NCBI GenBank assembly: GCA_964490075.1
Contig: CAZBBK010000023.1
Coordinates: 51,490 to 71,489 of the forward strand
Source: an uncultured Gemmatimonadota bacterium
Lineage (GTDB): Bacteria; GCA-2686955
DNA: 20,000 nucleotides
Direction: 5' to 3'
Under the pieces are notes generated by a model, which made no database searches, had not been told where the DNA came from, and saw only the letters and a program-made list of their open reading frames with translations. Shown here in pieces: positions 1-7,517 of this stretch. Positions within the stretch are counted from its first letter, which is position 1. Each line of letters opens with the position of its first letter. A program made the position numbers and the translations under genes.

Positions 1-333
1 CTCGAGATCGAAGCCGTGTCCCGGCTCGAAGGCGAACACCAGGTCGGCGCGGGCGTAGGCATCGATGGCGCTGGTCATGCGGATCTCGGCTTCCTGGAGG
101 CTCAGGCCGCGCGCCGGGGGGCCATGGTCGTGGGCGTCGTCTTCGTGCTCCTCCGCGCCCTCCTCTTCGTGCTCGCCCTCCTCGCCGCTCAGGTTGGAGG
201 CCCGGCCCAGGAAGAGCGCGTTGACGCTGATGGCGGGGTTGAAGGCGCGGGAGATACCGGTGGCGGTGGCTGGTTGGGCGGCGGCCGACGAGGCGCCTGC
301 CGCGAGCAACAGCATTATCGATAGATACATCAT
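1..333 (-). CDS. 5' part of an outer-membrane beta-barrel of the 'zinc-regulated TonB-dependent receptor-like' type; runs off the window edge
   Basis: Not in the ORF track; translated by hand: MMYLSIMLLLAAGASSAAAQPATATGISRAFNPAISVNALFLG...GEEGEHEEEGAEEHEDDAHDHG...GLSLQEAEIRMTSAIDAYARADLVFAF. It has a signal peptide, the FNPxIS and G-x-x-L-x-E-x-E...D-x-Y motifs I associate with this family, and a His/Glu-rich loop. GGAG lies 6 nt upstream of the ATG at 333 (alternative ATG at 330). Confidence 0.7.
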   Translation of the reverse strand, partial: MMYLSIMLLLAAGASSAAAQPATATGISRAFNPAISVNALFLGRASNLSGEEGEHEEEGAEEHEDDAHDHGPPARGLSLQEAEIRMTSAIDAYARADLVFAFEPGHGFDLE

Positions 334-345
334 CTCAGGCTCCGA

Positions 346-486
346 ATCCCATGCCGCGCGGGCGCACGGCGCCGGTCGCGGCATGGTGGATCGATCTCGA
401 ATCGGGGCAGGCGTCGAGCGGCGCGAGCAATGGTCGGCGCCACGCTCGGCTCGCCTGCACTTGAGGGGCGAGGGAAAGCCCGCCCT
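346..486 (-). promoter_or_regulatory. Structured intergenic leader with three tandem hairpins directly 5' of the receptor RBS
   Basis: Perfect 10-bp inverted repeat ccatgccgcg (349-358) / cgcggcatgg (377-386). Interrupted stem gcaggcg (407-413) / cgcctgc (452-458) plus cgagcg (415-420) / cgctcg (443-448). Short stem gggcg (466-470) / cgccc (481-485). Confidence 0.45.
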
Positions 487-498
487 AGTCGATCGGCA

Positions 499-912
499 TC
501 AGGCCGGGGGCGATTGCTTCGGGGCGAGACGGAAGAGCGCGATGGTCGCGTGCGTGCGCCGGCATGCGTCGGGCGCGGCATCGGGCGCGGGATGAGCCGA
601 TCGACTCGACTGGTTGGCGGCGGCGACCAGCATCTGGGCGCGCGGCACCGGCGCGAAAGGGCAATGATCGTGGCCGTGATCGTCTTCGGCCGGCTCGGTC
701 CCGGCGATCCACGGGCCGGCGCCCGATTCGGCGAATGGCGAATCCTCGTGCGCCGCGCCGCCGTGGACGATCTCGCCGTGCTCGGCGCAGTGGGTGTGCG
801 AGATGGCGATGTAGTGGAGTGTGGGCCCGACGCTGGCCCAGACCATGAGCAGAGCCAGCAGCGTGGAGGCTGCCCGCGTTCGACTCGATCTGCGGCTGAT
901 TGATGAGGACAT
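499..912 (-). CDS. Small secreted His-rich protein, DUF2946-like (137 aa), with Pro-rich C-terminus
   Basis: Trimmed from ORF 499..1041 to the ATG at 912 (MSSSISRR). Basic N-terminus, hydrophobic stretch LLALLMVWASVG, motifs HxHCAEHGE and HGHDHC, and C-terminal LAPKQSPPA. Sits upstream of a metal-uptake barrel on the same strand. Confidence 0.7.
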   Translation of the reverse strand: MSSSISRRSSRTRAASTLLALLMVWASVGPTLHYIAISHTHCAEHGEIVHGGAAHEDSPFAESGAGPWIAGTEPAEDDHGHDHCPFAPVPRAQMLVAAANQSSRSAHPAPDAAPDACRRTHATIALFRLAPKQSPPA

Positions 913-989
913 GGGATCGGCTACCGGCTCATCCACGGAACATCCTACGTCCTTGCCTCGTTGCCTTCCAGTGCCCTTACTCTTGTTCC

Positions 990-3900
990 ATGATCTGGCC
1001 ACTCTCCCCGACCTTTCGCCCCCGCCGCCACGGACCCTCACTCCGGGCTCCTCTCGTCAACCTCCGCCGCGCCGCCCTGGCCGCCGCGTTGGCGCTCGCC
1101 GCGACCCGAACGCACGCCGACTTCCCGGACGATCCCCCCAACGACCCGGACTGGGCTCGGGCGGAAGAGGCGTTTCCGGAAGGAGATTTCTGGGACCAGA
1201 GCTGGAAACACTACAGCCAGAAGACTCTCTATGCTCCCCATCTTCCCCATCCGGGTGCGCGCACCGATCTGGCCTGGAAGCGCACCACCGGGCGCTGGGA
1301 CGTGCCGATCGCCATCGTCGACTCGGGCGCCTACTGGGATCGGCCCGATGTCGTGGAGAAGTTGTGGCTGAACCCCGGCGAGCTGCCGGTGCCCGAGGTC
1401 GGCGCGGCCCGCACCGTCGCGGGAGTTGGACGCTCGCGCGAGATCGCTCGTCCGCTGCCCGCCGATCGTCCGCCGTCGACCGCCGAGCTGGCCGAGCGGC
1501 TGGAAGAGATGGGAATCGAGCTGGAAGGCGTCGCCGCCGCCGCGCTCGATCCCGAAGGCGACTTCAGCGGCGGCTGGCCGCCGCTTCCCTATGCCGCCGA
1601 GCAGGCCTACCTGGCTCGGCCCCTGGGCCGGCGGTCCCGCCAGCGCGCGCCTGCCGCGGCGCGTCCCCTTCCCCCCGGTCTGTCGCTCGGCGCCCACGAC
1701 GTGAACGGAGACGGTCGCTTCAACGTGCGTGACTACGACGGCGACCCACGGGTCGGCGACGTCAACGACAACGGCATCATCGATCCGCAGGATCTGATCC
1801 TGCTCTTCTCGGACGGCGTCGACGACGACGGCAACGGCTACCAAGACGATATCTCCGGGTGGGATTTCTGGGAGCGCGACAACGACGCTTACGACGACAC
1901 CCGCTTCGGTCACGGCAACGGCGGGGCGCACGACTCCGCGGCCGAAGGAAACAACGCCATCGGCGGCATCGGCTCTTGCCCAGACTGCTCGGTGATTCAG
2001 CTGCGGGTGGCCGACAGTTTCATCGCCGACGGCAACGACGTGGCGCTTGCTTTCGCCTACGCCGCCGACATCGGCGCCCGGGTGATCGGTTCGTCATTGG
2101 GCGCTCTGTCGAATCCGCGGGCGGCGCGCGATGCGCTGGTCTACGCGACCGAGCAAGGAATCGTCACGGTCGCCAGCTTCGCCGACGAGAACAGCATCCA
2201 CCACAATCTGCCCACCCTCTACGACCAGACCATCGCCACCAGCGCGATCGGTGCCGACAACGTCAACGTGGGTGAGGTACTGCCTTTCACCAGCTTCGAG
2301 GCCAAGAACAACTGCACCAACTATGGCGCGCGGCTGGACCTGCTGATCCCGGCGCAGTACTGCTCTTCGGAAGCGACGGCCACCGCCGCCGGTCATCTCG
2401 GTCTCTTGATCAGCTACGCCGAGGACCTGGTCGCGCGCGGTCGGCTCGATCGCTCGCTCAGCGTCAACGAGGCGAAGCAGGTGGTGCTGCAGACGGCGAA
2501 CGACGTCAATCCACTGCCCTTGCCCTGGCGCTGGCCGGGCGGCCCGAGATGGGACCAAGTGCACGGCTACGGCCGGATCGACATGGAGGCCGCCCTGGCG
2601 TGTGTGGCGAACGAGACGATTCCGCCGGAGGTCGACATCGGTGCGCCCGGCTGGTTCGTGACGATCGATCCGGGCAGCGACGCCCCGCTCGAGATCGTCG
2701 GGCGGATCGCCGCCGAACGATCGTCCGGCTACCAGTACGATCTGCGCTGGGGATGGGGGGTCTGCCCGAGACGCTGGCACACCATCACCGAGTCGCCCTG
2801 GTTGGGGGCTCCGACCGAGGGCGTGCTCGGCACCTGGCGCATGCACGATCTGCGTCGCAAACGCTCGCGCGGAGTCGCCGATCGACCGAACCGTTTCGCG
2901 CTCACTCTGTGGGCGCGGGCCTGGGACGCCGGTGGAATTCTGGGCGAGGATCGGGTACAGATTTTCCTCCACGAGGACCCCGATCTGCACGTCGCGTTTC
3001 CGGTCGAGCTCGGCGCTTCCGGCGAGTCGCCGCCGCTCTTCGCCGATCTCGACGGCGACGGCGCGGATGAAATCGTGGTGGCCACGGCCGACGGCTGGGT
3101 GCACGCCCTGAACGCGGGCGGCGATGAGCTGCCCGGCTTTCCGCTGCGCACCCGCCTGCAGCCCGAGTCCGATCCCGCCGATCCCGGCAACCACCTCGAC
3201 GCCGCCGCTTTCGCGTCGGGCGCCGTGCCGCCGATCCACGGCGGCGTGGAAGGCGCTGTGTCGTGCGCCGATCTCGATGCCGACGGAACGCTAGAGCTGG
3301 TGGCGGCCACGCTCGATGGCTGGGTCGAGGTGTGGGGGAGAGACGGCGCACCGCGACCCGGCTTTCCGGTGCGCACCGATCCCGAACTGTCGCGGATCCG
3401 CTCACCGTCGCGGATCATCGACGACGGGATCGGCGGGGCGCCGGTGCTTGCCGATCTGGACGGCGACGGCACGCGCGAGATTCTGGTCGGGGCCTTCGAT
3501 GGACATCTCTACGCCTGGCACCACGACGGCGCCGCGATGTCGGGCTTCCCCTTGCCGGTTCTCGACGAATCCGAAGACGAGCCCACGCCATCGCGCATCA
3601 TTTCGACACCGGCCGTGGGCGACCTCGACGGCGACGGCCAGGTCGAGATCGTGGTCGGCAGCAACGAGGTCTATCGCAACATCGGGCGCCTGCACGCGCT
3701 CGAGATCGATGGACAGGCGCTTCCCGGCTGGCCGGTGGAGCCGCTGGGGTTCTACGCCGATCTGCTGCGCTGGATCGGACGCGGCATTCCCAGCTCGCCG
3801 GTGCTGGCCGATGTGACCGCCGACGGCACGCTCGAAGTCGTCGTGAGCTCGATTCTGGGTCGGACCTACGTCTATGAGACCGATGGTCGCGAGATCGCCG

Positions 3901-4508
3901 AGACCGACGTGGCGCGCATCGGACCGTTCAGCGAGAGCCTCGATATTCCGACGCTTTCACACTTGAACAGTGTCGCGGTCGGCGACATGGACGGCGACGG
4001 GACGCTCGATGTGGCCGGTGCGGGGGCCGGATTCCGCTGGGCATTGTCGCAGCTCTTCGCCGGTTACTACGTTCCCCACGACTACCACGCCACGCTGCAC
4101 GATTTGTCCACCGGGGAGTTTCATCCGCATTTTCCACGCGCCATCGACGGACACACTTTTCTGGGGAACCCGGCGCTCGCCGATCTAGACGGCGACGATC
4201 AACCCGAGATGGTGCTGGGCAGCGGCGCCTACCTGCTGCACGCCTTCGACCACCGCGGGCGGGAGCCCCAAGGCTGGCCGAAGGGGACCGGCGGCTGGGT
4301 GATCGCGGCGCCGGCGATCGGCGATCTGGATGGCGACGGCCGCTTCGACGTGGCGGCGGTGACGCGCGAGGGATGGCTCTGGGCCTGGCGCGCGAGCGGA
4401 CCGGCCGGCGCCGAGAGCGCGCCCTGGCCGACCTTCCACCACGACCCGGCGCGCACCGGGAACCTGCGGGAGGCGACGCGGGTCGAGGGGCGGCGATTGT
4501 TACGTTAG
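990..4508 (+). CDS. Secreted S8 (subtilisin-like) serine peptidase with a C-terminal FG-GAP/VCBS-repeat beta-propeller
   Basis: Signal-like RRAALAAALALAATRTHA. Triad motifs IAIVDSG (Asp 1320), FGHGNG (His 1911) and CSSEAT (Ser 2367), plus GYGRID. Eight (A/G)D-x-x-x-D-(G/D) repeats. Start uncertain: ATG 990 chosen over 900. Confidence 0.85.
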   Translation: MIWPLSPTFRPRRHGPSLRAPLVNLRRAALAAALALAATRTHADFPDDPPNDPDWARAEEAFPEGDFWDQSWKHYSQKTLYAPHLPHPGARTDLAWKRTTGRWDVPIAIVDSGAYWDRPDVVEKLWLNPGELPVPEVGAARTVAGVGRSREIARPLPADRPPSTAELAERLEEMGIELEGVAAAALDPEGDFSGGWPPLPYAAEQAYLARPLGRRSRQRAPAAARPLPPGLSLGAHDVNGDGRFNVRDYDGDPRVGDVNDNGIIDPQDLILLFSDGVDDDGNGYQDDISGWDFWERDNDAYDDTRFGHGNGGAHDSAAEGNNAIGGIGSCPDCSVIQLRVADSFIADGNDVALAFAYAADIGARVIGSSLGALSNPRAARDALVYATEQGIVTVASFADENSIHHNLPTLYDQTIATSAIGADNVNVGEVLPFTSFEAKNNCTNYGARLDLLIPAQYCSSEATATAAGHLGLLISYAEDLVARGRLDRSLSVNEAKQVVLQTANDVNPLPLPWRWPGGPRWDQVHGYGRIDMEAALACVANETIPPEVDIGAPGWFVTIDPGSDAPLEIVGRIAAERSSGYQYDLRWGWGVCPRRWHTITESPWLGAPTEGVLGTWRMHDLRRKRSRGVADRPNRFALTLWARAWDAGGILGEDRVQIFLHEDPDLHVAFPVELGASGESPPLFADLDGDGADEIVVATADGWVHALNAGGDELPGFPLRTRLQPESDPADPGNHLDAAAFASGAVPPIHGGVEGAVSCADLDADGTLELVAATLDGWVEVWGRDGAPRPGFPVRTDPELSRIRSPSRIIDDGIGGAPVLADLDGDGTREILVGAFDGHLYAWHHDGAAMSGFPLPVLDESEDEPTPSRIISTPAVGDLDGDGQVEIVVGSNEVYRNIGRLHALEIDGQALPGWPVEPLGFYADLLRWIGRGIPSSPVLADVTADGTLEVVVSSILGRTYVYETDGREIAETDVARIGPFSESLDIPTLSHLNSVAVGDMDGDGTLDVAGAGAGFRWALSQLFAGYYVPHDYHATLHDLSTGEFHPHFPRAIDGHTFLGNPALADLDGDDQPEMVLGSGAYLLHAFDHRGREPQGWPKGTGGWVIAAPAIGDLDGDGRFDVAAVTREGWLWAWRASGPAGAESAPWPTFHHDPARTGNLREATRVEGRRLLR
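3040..4370 (+). repeat. Eight FG-GAP-type Ca-binding protein repeats within the S8 gene
   Basis: ADLDGDGADEIVV, ADLDADGTLELVA, ADLDGDGTREILV, GDLDGDGQVEIVV, ADVTADGTLEVVV, GDMDGDGTLDVA, ADLDGDDQPEMVL and GDLDGDGRFDVAA, often followed by PG(F/W)P. Confidence 0.85.
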
Positions 4509-4569
4509 GGTCCACGCAGGAGGGACTTCCTGGTTCCCGATCTCTACCGCATCCGCGCACTCCGCCTCG

Positions 4570-5433
4570 ATGTTCTCCACCGCCCGCTCCCTGCTCTTCC
4601 GCCCCCGCGCCACCGTCGAGATTCTGGCGCCGGGCGTGCAACGGCTGCGCCTGAGCAACCGCTTTCTGCGGCCGATGGGATTCGATGTCGAGCTCTTCCT
4701 GGTCGACGAGCTCCTGGTCGACTCCGGCCACCGGCACCAGTCGTCCGAGGTTCTGGCGCTGCTCGCGGAGCGCCCGCTGCGCGCGCTCGCCCTGACCCAC
4801 CACCACGAGGATCACAGCGGCAACGCCGGCTTGATCGCCGCCCGTCACGGGTGCCCGATCTACCTGGCGAGGCCGGAGCTGCGCGCCACCGAAGGCGTCG
4901 GAGGACTGCCGCTCTACCGCCGCTTCTGGTGGGGCTGGCCGGCTCCCTACCGGCCCGAGCCGATGCCTGCCGAGCTCGACACCGGCGCCCGCGCCCTGCT
5001 CGCTCTGCCGACTCCGGGGCATTCGGCGACCCACAGCGTGTTCTTCGACCCCGATTCCCGTCTCGCCCTGGTCGGCGACCTCTTTCTGTCGGAACGCCTG
5101 ACGCCGGTGATGCGCCAGGAGCGGCCGGCACTGCTCGCGGCGTCGCTGCGGCGCCTGGCGAAGCTGCGGCCGCGGCGCATCGCCAACGCCCACGGCAAGG
5201 TGATCGACGATCCCGAGCCGCTTCTGCACCTCAAGGCCGATCGACTCGACGCCGCCGCCGAGCGGGTGCGCTCTCTGCACCGGGCCGGCGTGGGCGAGGC
5301 CGAGATCGTCGCCCGGGTGATCCCGGCGCCCTCGCGGCACGACCGTTTCAGCGAGTGGATGAGCCAGGGAGATTACAGCTACCGCTGCTTCGTGCGAGGC
5401 TGTCTTCACCACGACTCGACGCCAGATTCGTGA
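4570..5433 (+). CDS. MBL-fold metallo-hydrolase
   Basis: LVDSG, THHHEDHSG (HxHxDH), TPGHS, VGDL and AHG metal-ligand motifs. Confidence 0.9.
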   Translation: MFSTARSLLFRPRATVEILAPGVQRLRLSNRFLRPMGFDVELFLVDELLVDSGHRHQSSEVLALLAERPLRALALTHHHEDHSGNAGLIAARHGCPIYLARPELRATEGVGGLPLYRRFWWGWPAPYRPEPMPAELDTGARALLALPTPGHSATHSVFFDPDSRLALVGDLFLSERLTPVMRQERPALLAASLRRLAKLRPRRIANAHGKVIDDPEPLLHLKADRLDAAAERVRSLHRAGVGEAEIVARVIPAPSRHDRFSEWMSQGDYSYRCFVRGCLHHDSTPDS

Positions 5434-5873
5434 CCGAGCCGTGCTTGGCTCCACGGTTCGATGCGATCCGGCTCGGCTCGGCGGCGTACGACCTGAGTCG
5501 GTCGTACGCGAGCGCCGGCGAAGTCTCCAAGCAGTCCGCTGCTCTCGAAGTACGTCGACATATCGTGACGAGAGCGCTCGGGCACTGTCCCGATCGAGTC
5601 GGTGCCGCCATGCTCGACTCTGCCCGCTGCGGCCTTGAGCTCGGCGAGGCAGAGAAGTCAGGTTCGCTTTGTGAGGCTGTGATAGAGGACTTCTCCACAT
5701 TCCTCGACGACTGGGAGTGCGAAGACGATCTCCTGCTCGAGGAGGAGGAGATCGCACTTCAGCACCTGATCGACGCAATCGATCTGTTGCTGGAGATCCG
5801 TGGTGGTGAAGCCGACGAGATCGGCGAGCTGAGAAGGAGGTGTTTGAAATTGAAATCGCTTTGTGACGAGTAG
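5430..5873 (+). CDS. Hypothetical helical (TPR-like) protein with an acidic C-terminal half, 147 aa
   Basis: The GTG at 5430 overlaps the TGA of the MBL gene (GTGA), suggesting translational coupling. It is the C-terminal part of ORF 4851..5873 and has protein-like composition, unlike the R/P/G-rich shadow sequence upstream. Confidence 0.65.
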   Translation: MTEPCLAPRFDAIRLGSAAYDLSRSYASAGEVSKQSAALEVRRHIVTRALGHCPDRVGAAMLDSARCGLELGEAEKSGSLCEAVIEDFSTFLDDWECEDDLLLEEEEIALQHLIDAIDLLLEIRGGEADEIGELRRRCLKLKSLCDE

Positions 5874-5920
5874 GATGGCCAGTAGAACGTCGGACCGAAG
5901 GGCCTTGTGCGCGGCTGTCT

Positions 5921-7387
5921 TCAGCAGCCCCGACCCTCCCCCGCGCCCAGGCCATCCTCCACCCCCATCCGCCACTGAAAGAGCACCGCGGTGACCGCCG
6001 CCGCGACGTTGAGGCTGTCGATCGCTCCGAACTGGGGGATGTCGACCAGTAGATCGGCCTCCGCGCGCAGCAGGGCCGGCAGACCCTCCGCCTCGGCGCC
6101 GGCGACGAAGAGCGGTCGTGGGGGATAGGGGGCGCGGTGGTAGGGGATGCTGGCGGGGGTTTGCTGGATGGCGACGATTTGATGGTCGCCCTCGCGGGCG
6201 GCGCGCAGCAAAGCTCGGGAATCGGCGAGGGCGGTGATCGGCAGCACCTGTTCGACGCCGCGTGACGCGGCGCGCTGCAGATCTCCTCTGCCGACCAGGA
6301 AGAGCCGGCTCAGGCCTGCCGCGTCGGCGCTGCGGGCCGCCACGCCGAGGTTGACGTCGAGGCGCGGCTGGCAGAGCGCGAGGGCGGCGTGGAGGCGGCG
6401 CGGGGGCAGTGCGGGAGCGGAGGGCGGGCCTTCGCGCAGGCCGTAGGGCGGCGTGGCGGAGCGGTCGGCGGCGCGGGGATGGGACCCGTGGCGCTGCGCC
6501 ATTCTGGCGGCGTCGAGCTCGCCGCCGCGAGCGCGGGCCGCCAGCCAGGCGACCCCGGGGTCGGGGTCGGCCAGCAAGGTGGGGAGGAGATCGTCGGCCG
6601 GGGCCAGGGCGCGGGCGAGGGCCGCACGCACCCGCGGATCGGCGTCCGCCGCCAGCTCCCGGCCGAGGTCGCCGTCGATGCCCTGCGCCCGAGCCAGCCC
6701 CCAGACCGCCGCGATCCGGTGATCGGTGGCCAGCAGCGTGCACAGCGCGCCGCGATCGGCCAGGTGGTCGAGGGCGGTCGGGTCGCCTGCGAGGGCGCGC
6801 TCGGCGAGCTCGGGCGAGGTCGGATCGAGCGCCGCCAGGAGCCGCAGCAGCGGTTCCGGGGGCGGCCGGTGCGCCGGTAGCGCTCGCCGGACCAGATCGG
6901 GATCGAGGGCGGCCAGACTTCCGGCGTCGCAGATCAACTCCGCCGCCCGCTCGGCGACTGCTCGATCGGGGTCGAGCAGGGCGCGCGCCAGCACCGCGGC
7001 CGGCGTCGCCGGGCCGAGGATCGCCCGCCGGACGCGGGGCGAGGGATCGTCGAGGACGCTCAGAGCCAGCTCCTCGTCGCCCGGCGACTGGGCCGCCAGC
7101 AGGCGGGCCGCGACGGCGCGCGCGCGTGAGGAATGAGCACCCGAGCGGTTGTGGGTGGTGCGCACCAGGGCGGCGCGGGTGCGCCCGACCGGCAGCTCCC
7201 AGAGGATCCGCTCGGCACGGCGCCGCGCCACGCGGCGGGGGGCCTCGAGCAGTCCGATCAACTGCTTCACCAGCGCCGCGTCGGCATGTGCCAGGAGAAA
7301 GGCGAGCGCCGCCTCGCGCCGCGCCGGATCTTCGCCGTGCAGCGCTTCGTCGAGGGCTTCGGATGGGGTGAGGTCGGACAAGGGCAT
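5921..7387 (-). CDS. HEAT-repeat protein fused to a C-terminal SpoU/TrmH-family (SPOUT) RNA 2'-O-methyltransferase
   Basis: HEAT-like repeats (EDPARREAAL, DDPSPRVRRAI, DPDRAVAERAA, DADPRVRAALARAL, DPDPGVAWLAA). All three SpoU motifs are present: NLGVAARSADAAG, FVAGAEAEGL and IPQFGAIDSLNVAAA. Confidence 0.88.
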   Translation of the reverse strand: MPLSDLTPSEALDEALHGEDPARREAALAFLLAHADAALVKQLIGLLEAPRRVARRRAERILWELPVGRTRAALVRTTHNRSGAHSSRARAVAARLLAAQSPGDEELALSVLDDPSPRVRRAILGPATPAAVLARALLDPDRAVAERAAELICDAGSLAALDPDLVRRALPAHRPPPEPLLRLLAALDPTSPELAERALAGDPTALDHLADRGALCTLLATDHRIAAVWGLARAQGIDGDLGRELAADADPRVRAALARALAPADDLLPTLLADPDPGVAWLAARARGGELDAARMAQRHGSHPRAADRSATPPYGLREGPPSAPALPPRRLHAALALCQPRLDVNLGVAARSADAAGLSRLFLVGRGDLQRAASRGVEQVLPITALADSRALLRAAREGDHQIVAIQQTPASIPYHRAPYPPRPLFVAGAEAEGLPALLRAEADLLVDIPQFGAIDSLNVAAAVTAVLFQWRMGVEDGLGAGEGRGC

Positions 7388-7446
7388 GAGCGGACCCTTC
7401 GGATGTGCCGGGTGTGCCGCGCGCCGGCCCTGCGGAGAATGCTACC

Positions 7447-7510
7447 TGCTATGCTCCGCCCTCGCGGCCGCTCGCCCGTCGAGAGCAGCCCTCGTCGCCA
7501 ATCATGGGAG
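7447..7510 (+). promoter_or_regulatory. Candidate extended -10 promoter (TGcTATGCT) and RBS for the sulfatase-like operon
   Basis: TG-n-TATGCT at 7447-7455 in the divergent intergenic region. GGGAG at 7506-7510 is 7 nt before the ATG at 7518. Confidence 0.4.
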
Positions 7511-7517
7511 TGCCTCG

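Noticed and set aside
913-989. Zur/Fur operator upstream of the metal-uptake unit
   Set aside because: No AT-rich palindrome resembling known Zur/Fur boxes is visible.
3040-4370. Recurring gccgatctcgacggcgacgg-like DNA repeats as a CRISPR array or DGR
   Set aside because: They are degenerate, in-frame and irregularly spaced, encoding FG-GAP loops; no cas or reverse transcriptase gene is present.
4570-5433. Metallo-beta-lactamase resistance gene
   Set aside because: There is no clear signal peptide and only generic MBL-fold motifs; it is more like a cytoplasmic hydrolase.
3928-5955. Long ORF 3928..5955 (-), and similarly 9440..11677, 12914..14602 and 15850..17625
   Set aside because: These are R/P/G-rich or antisense shadow frames of well-supported genes, as expected in high-GC DNA, with no recognisable motifs.
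7149-7517. N-terminal extension of ORF 7149..9389
   Set aside because: It overlaps the HEAT-SpoU gene on the opposite strand and has shadow-like composition, and a good RBS precedes the ATG at 7518.
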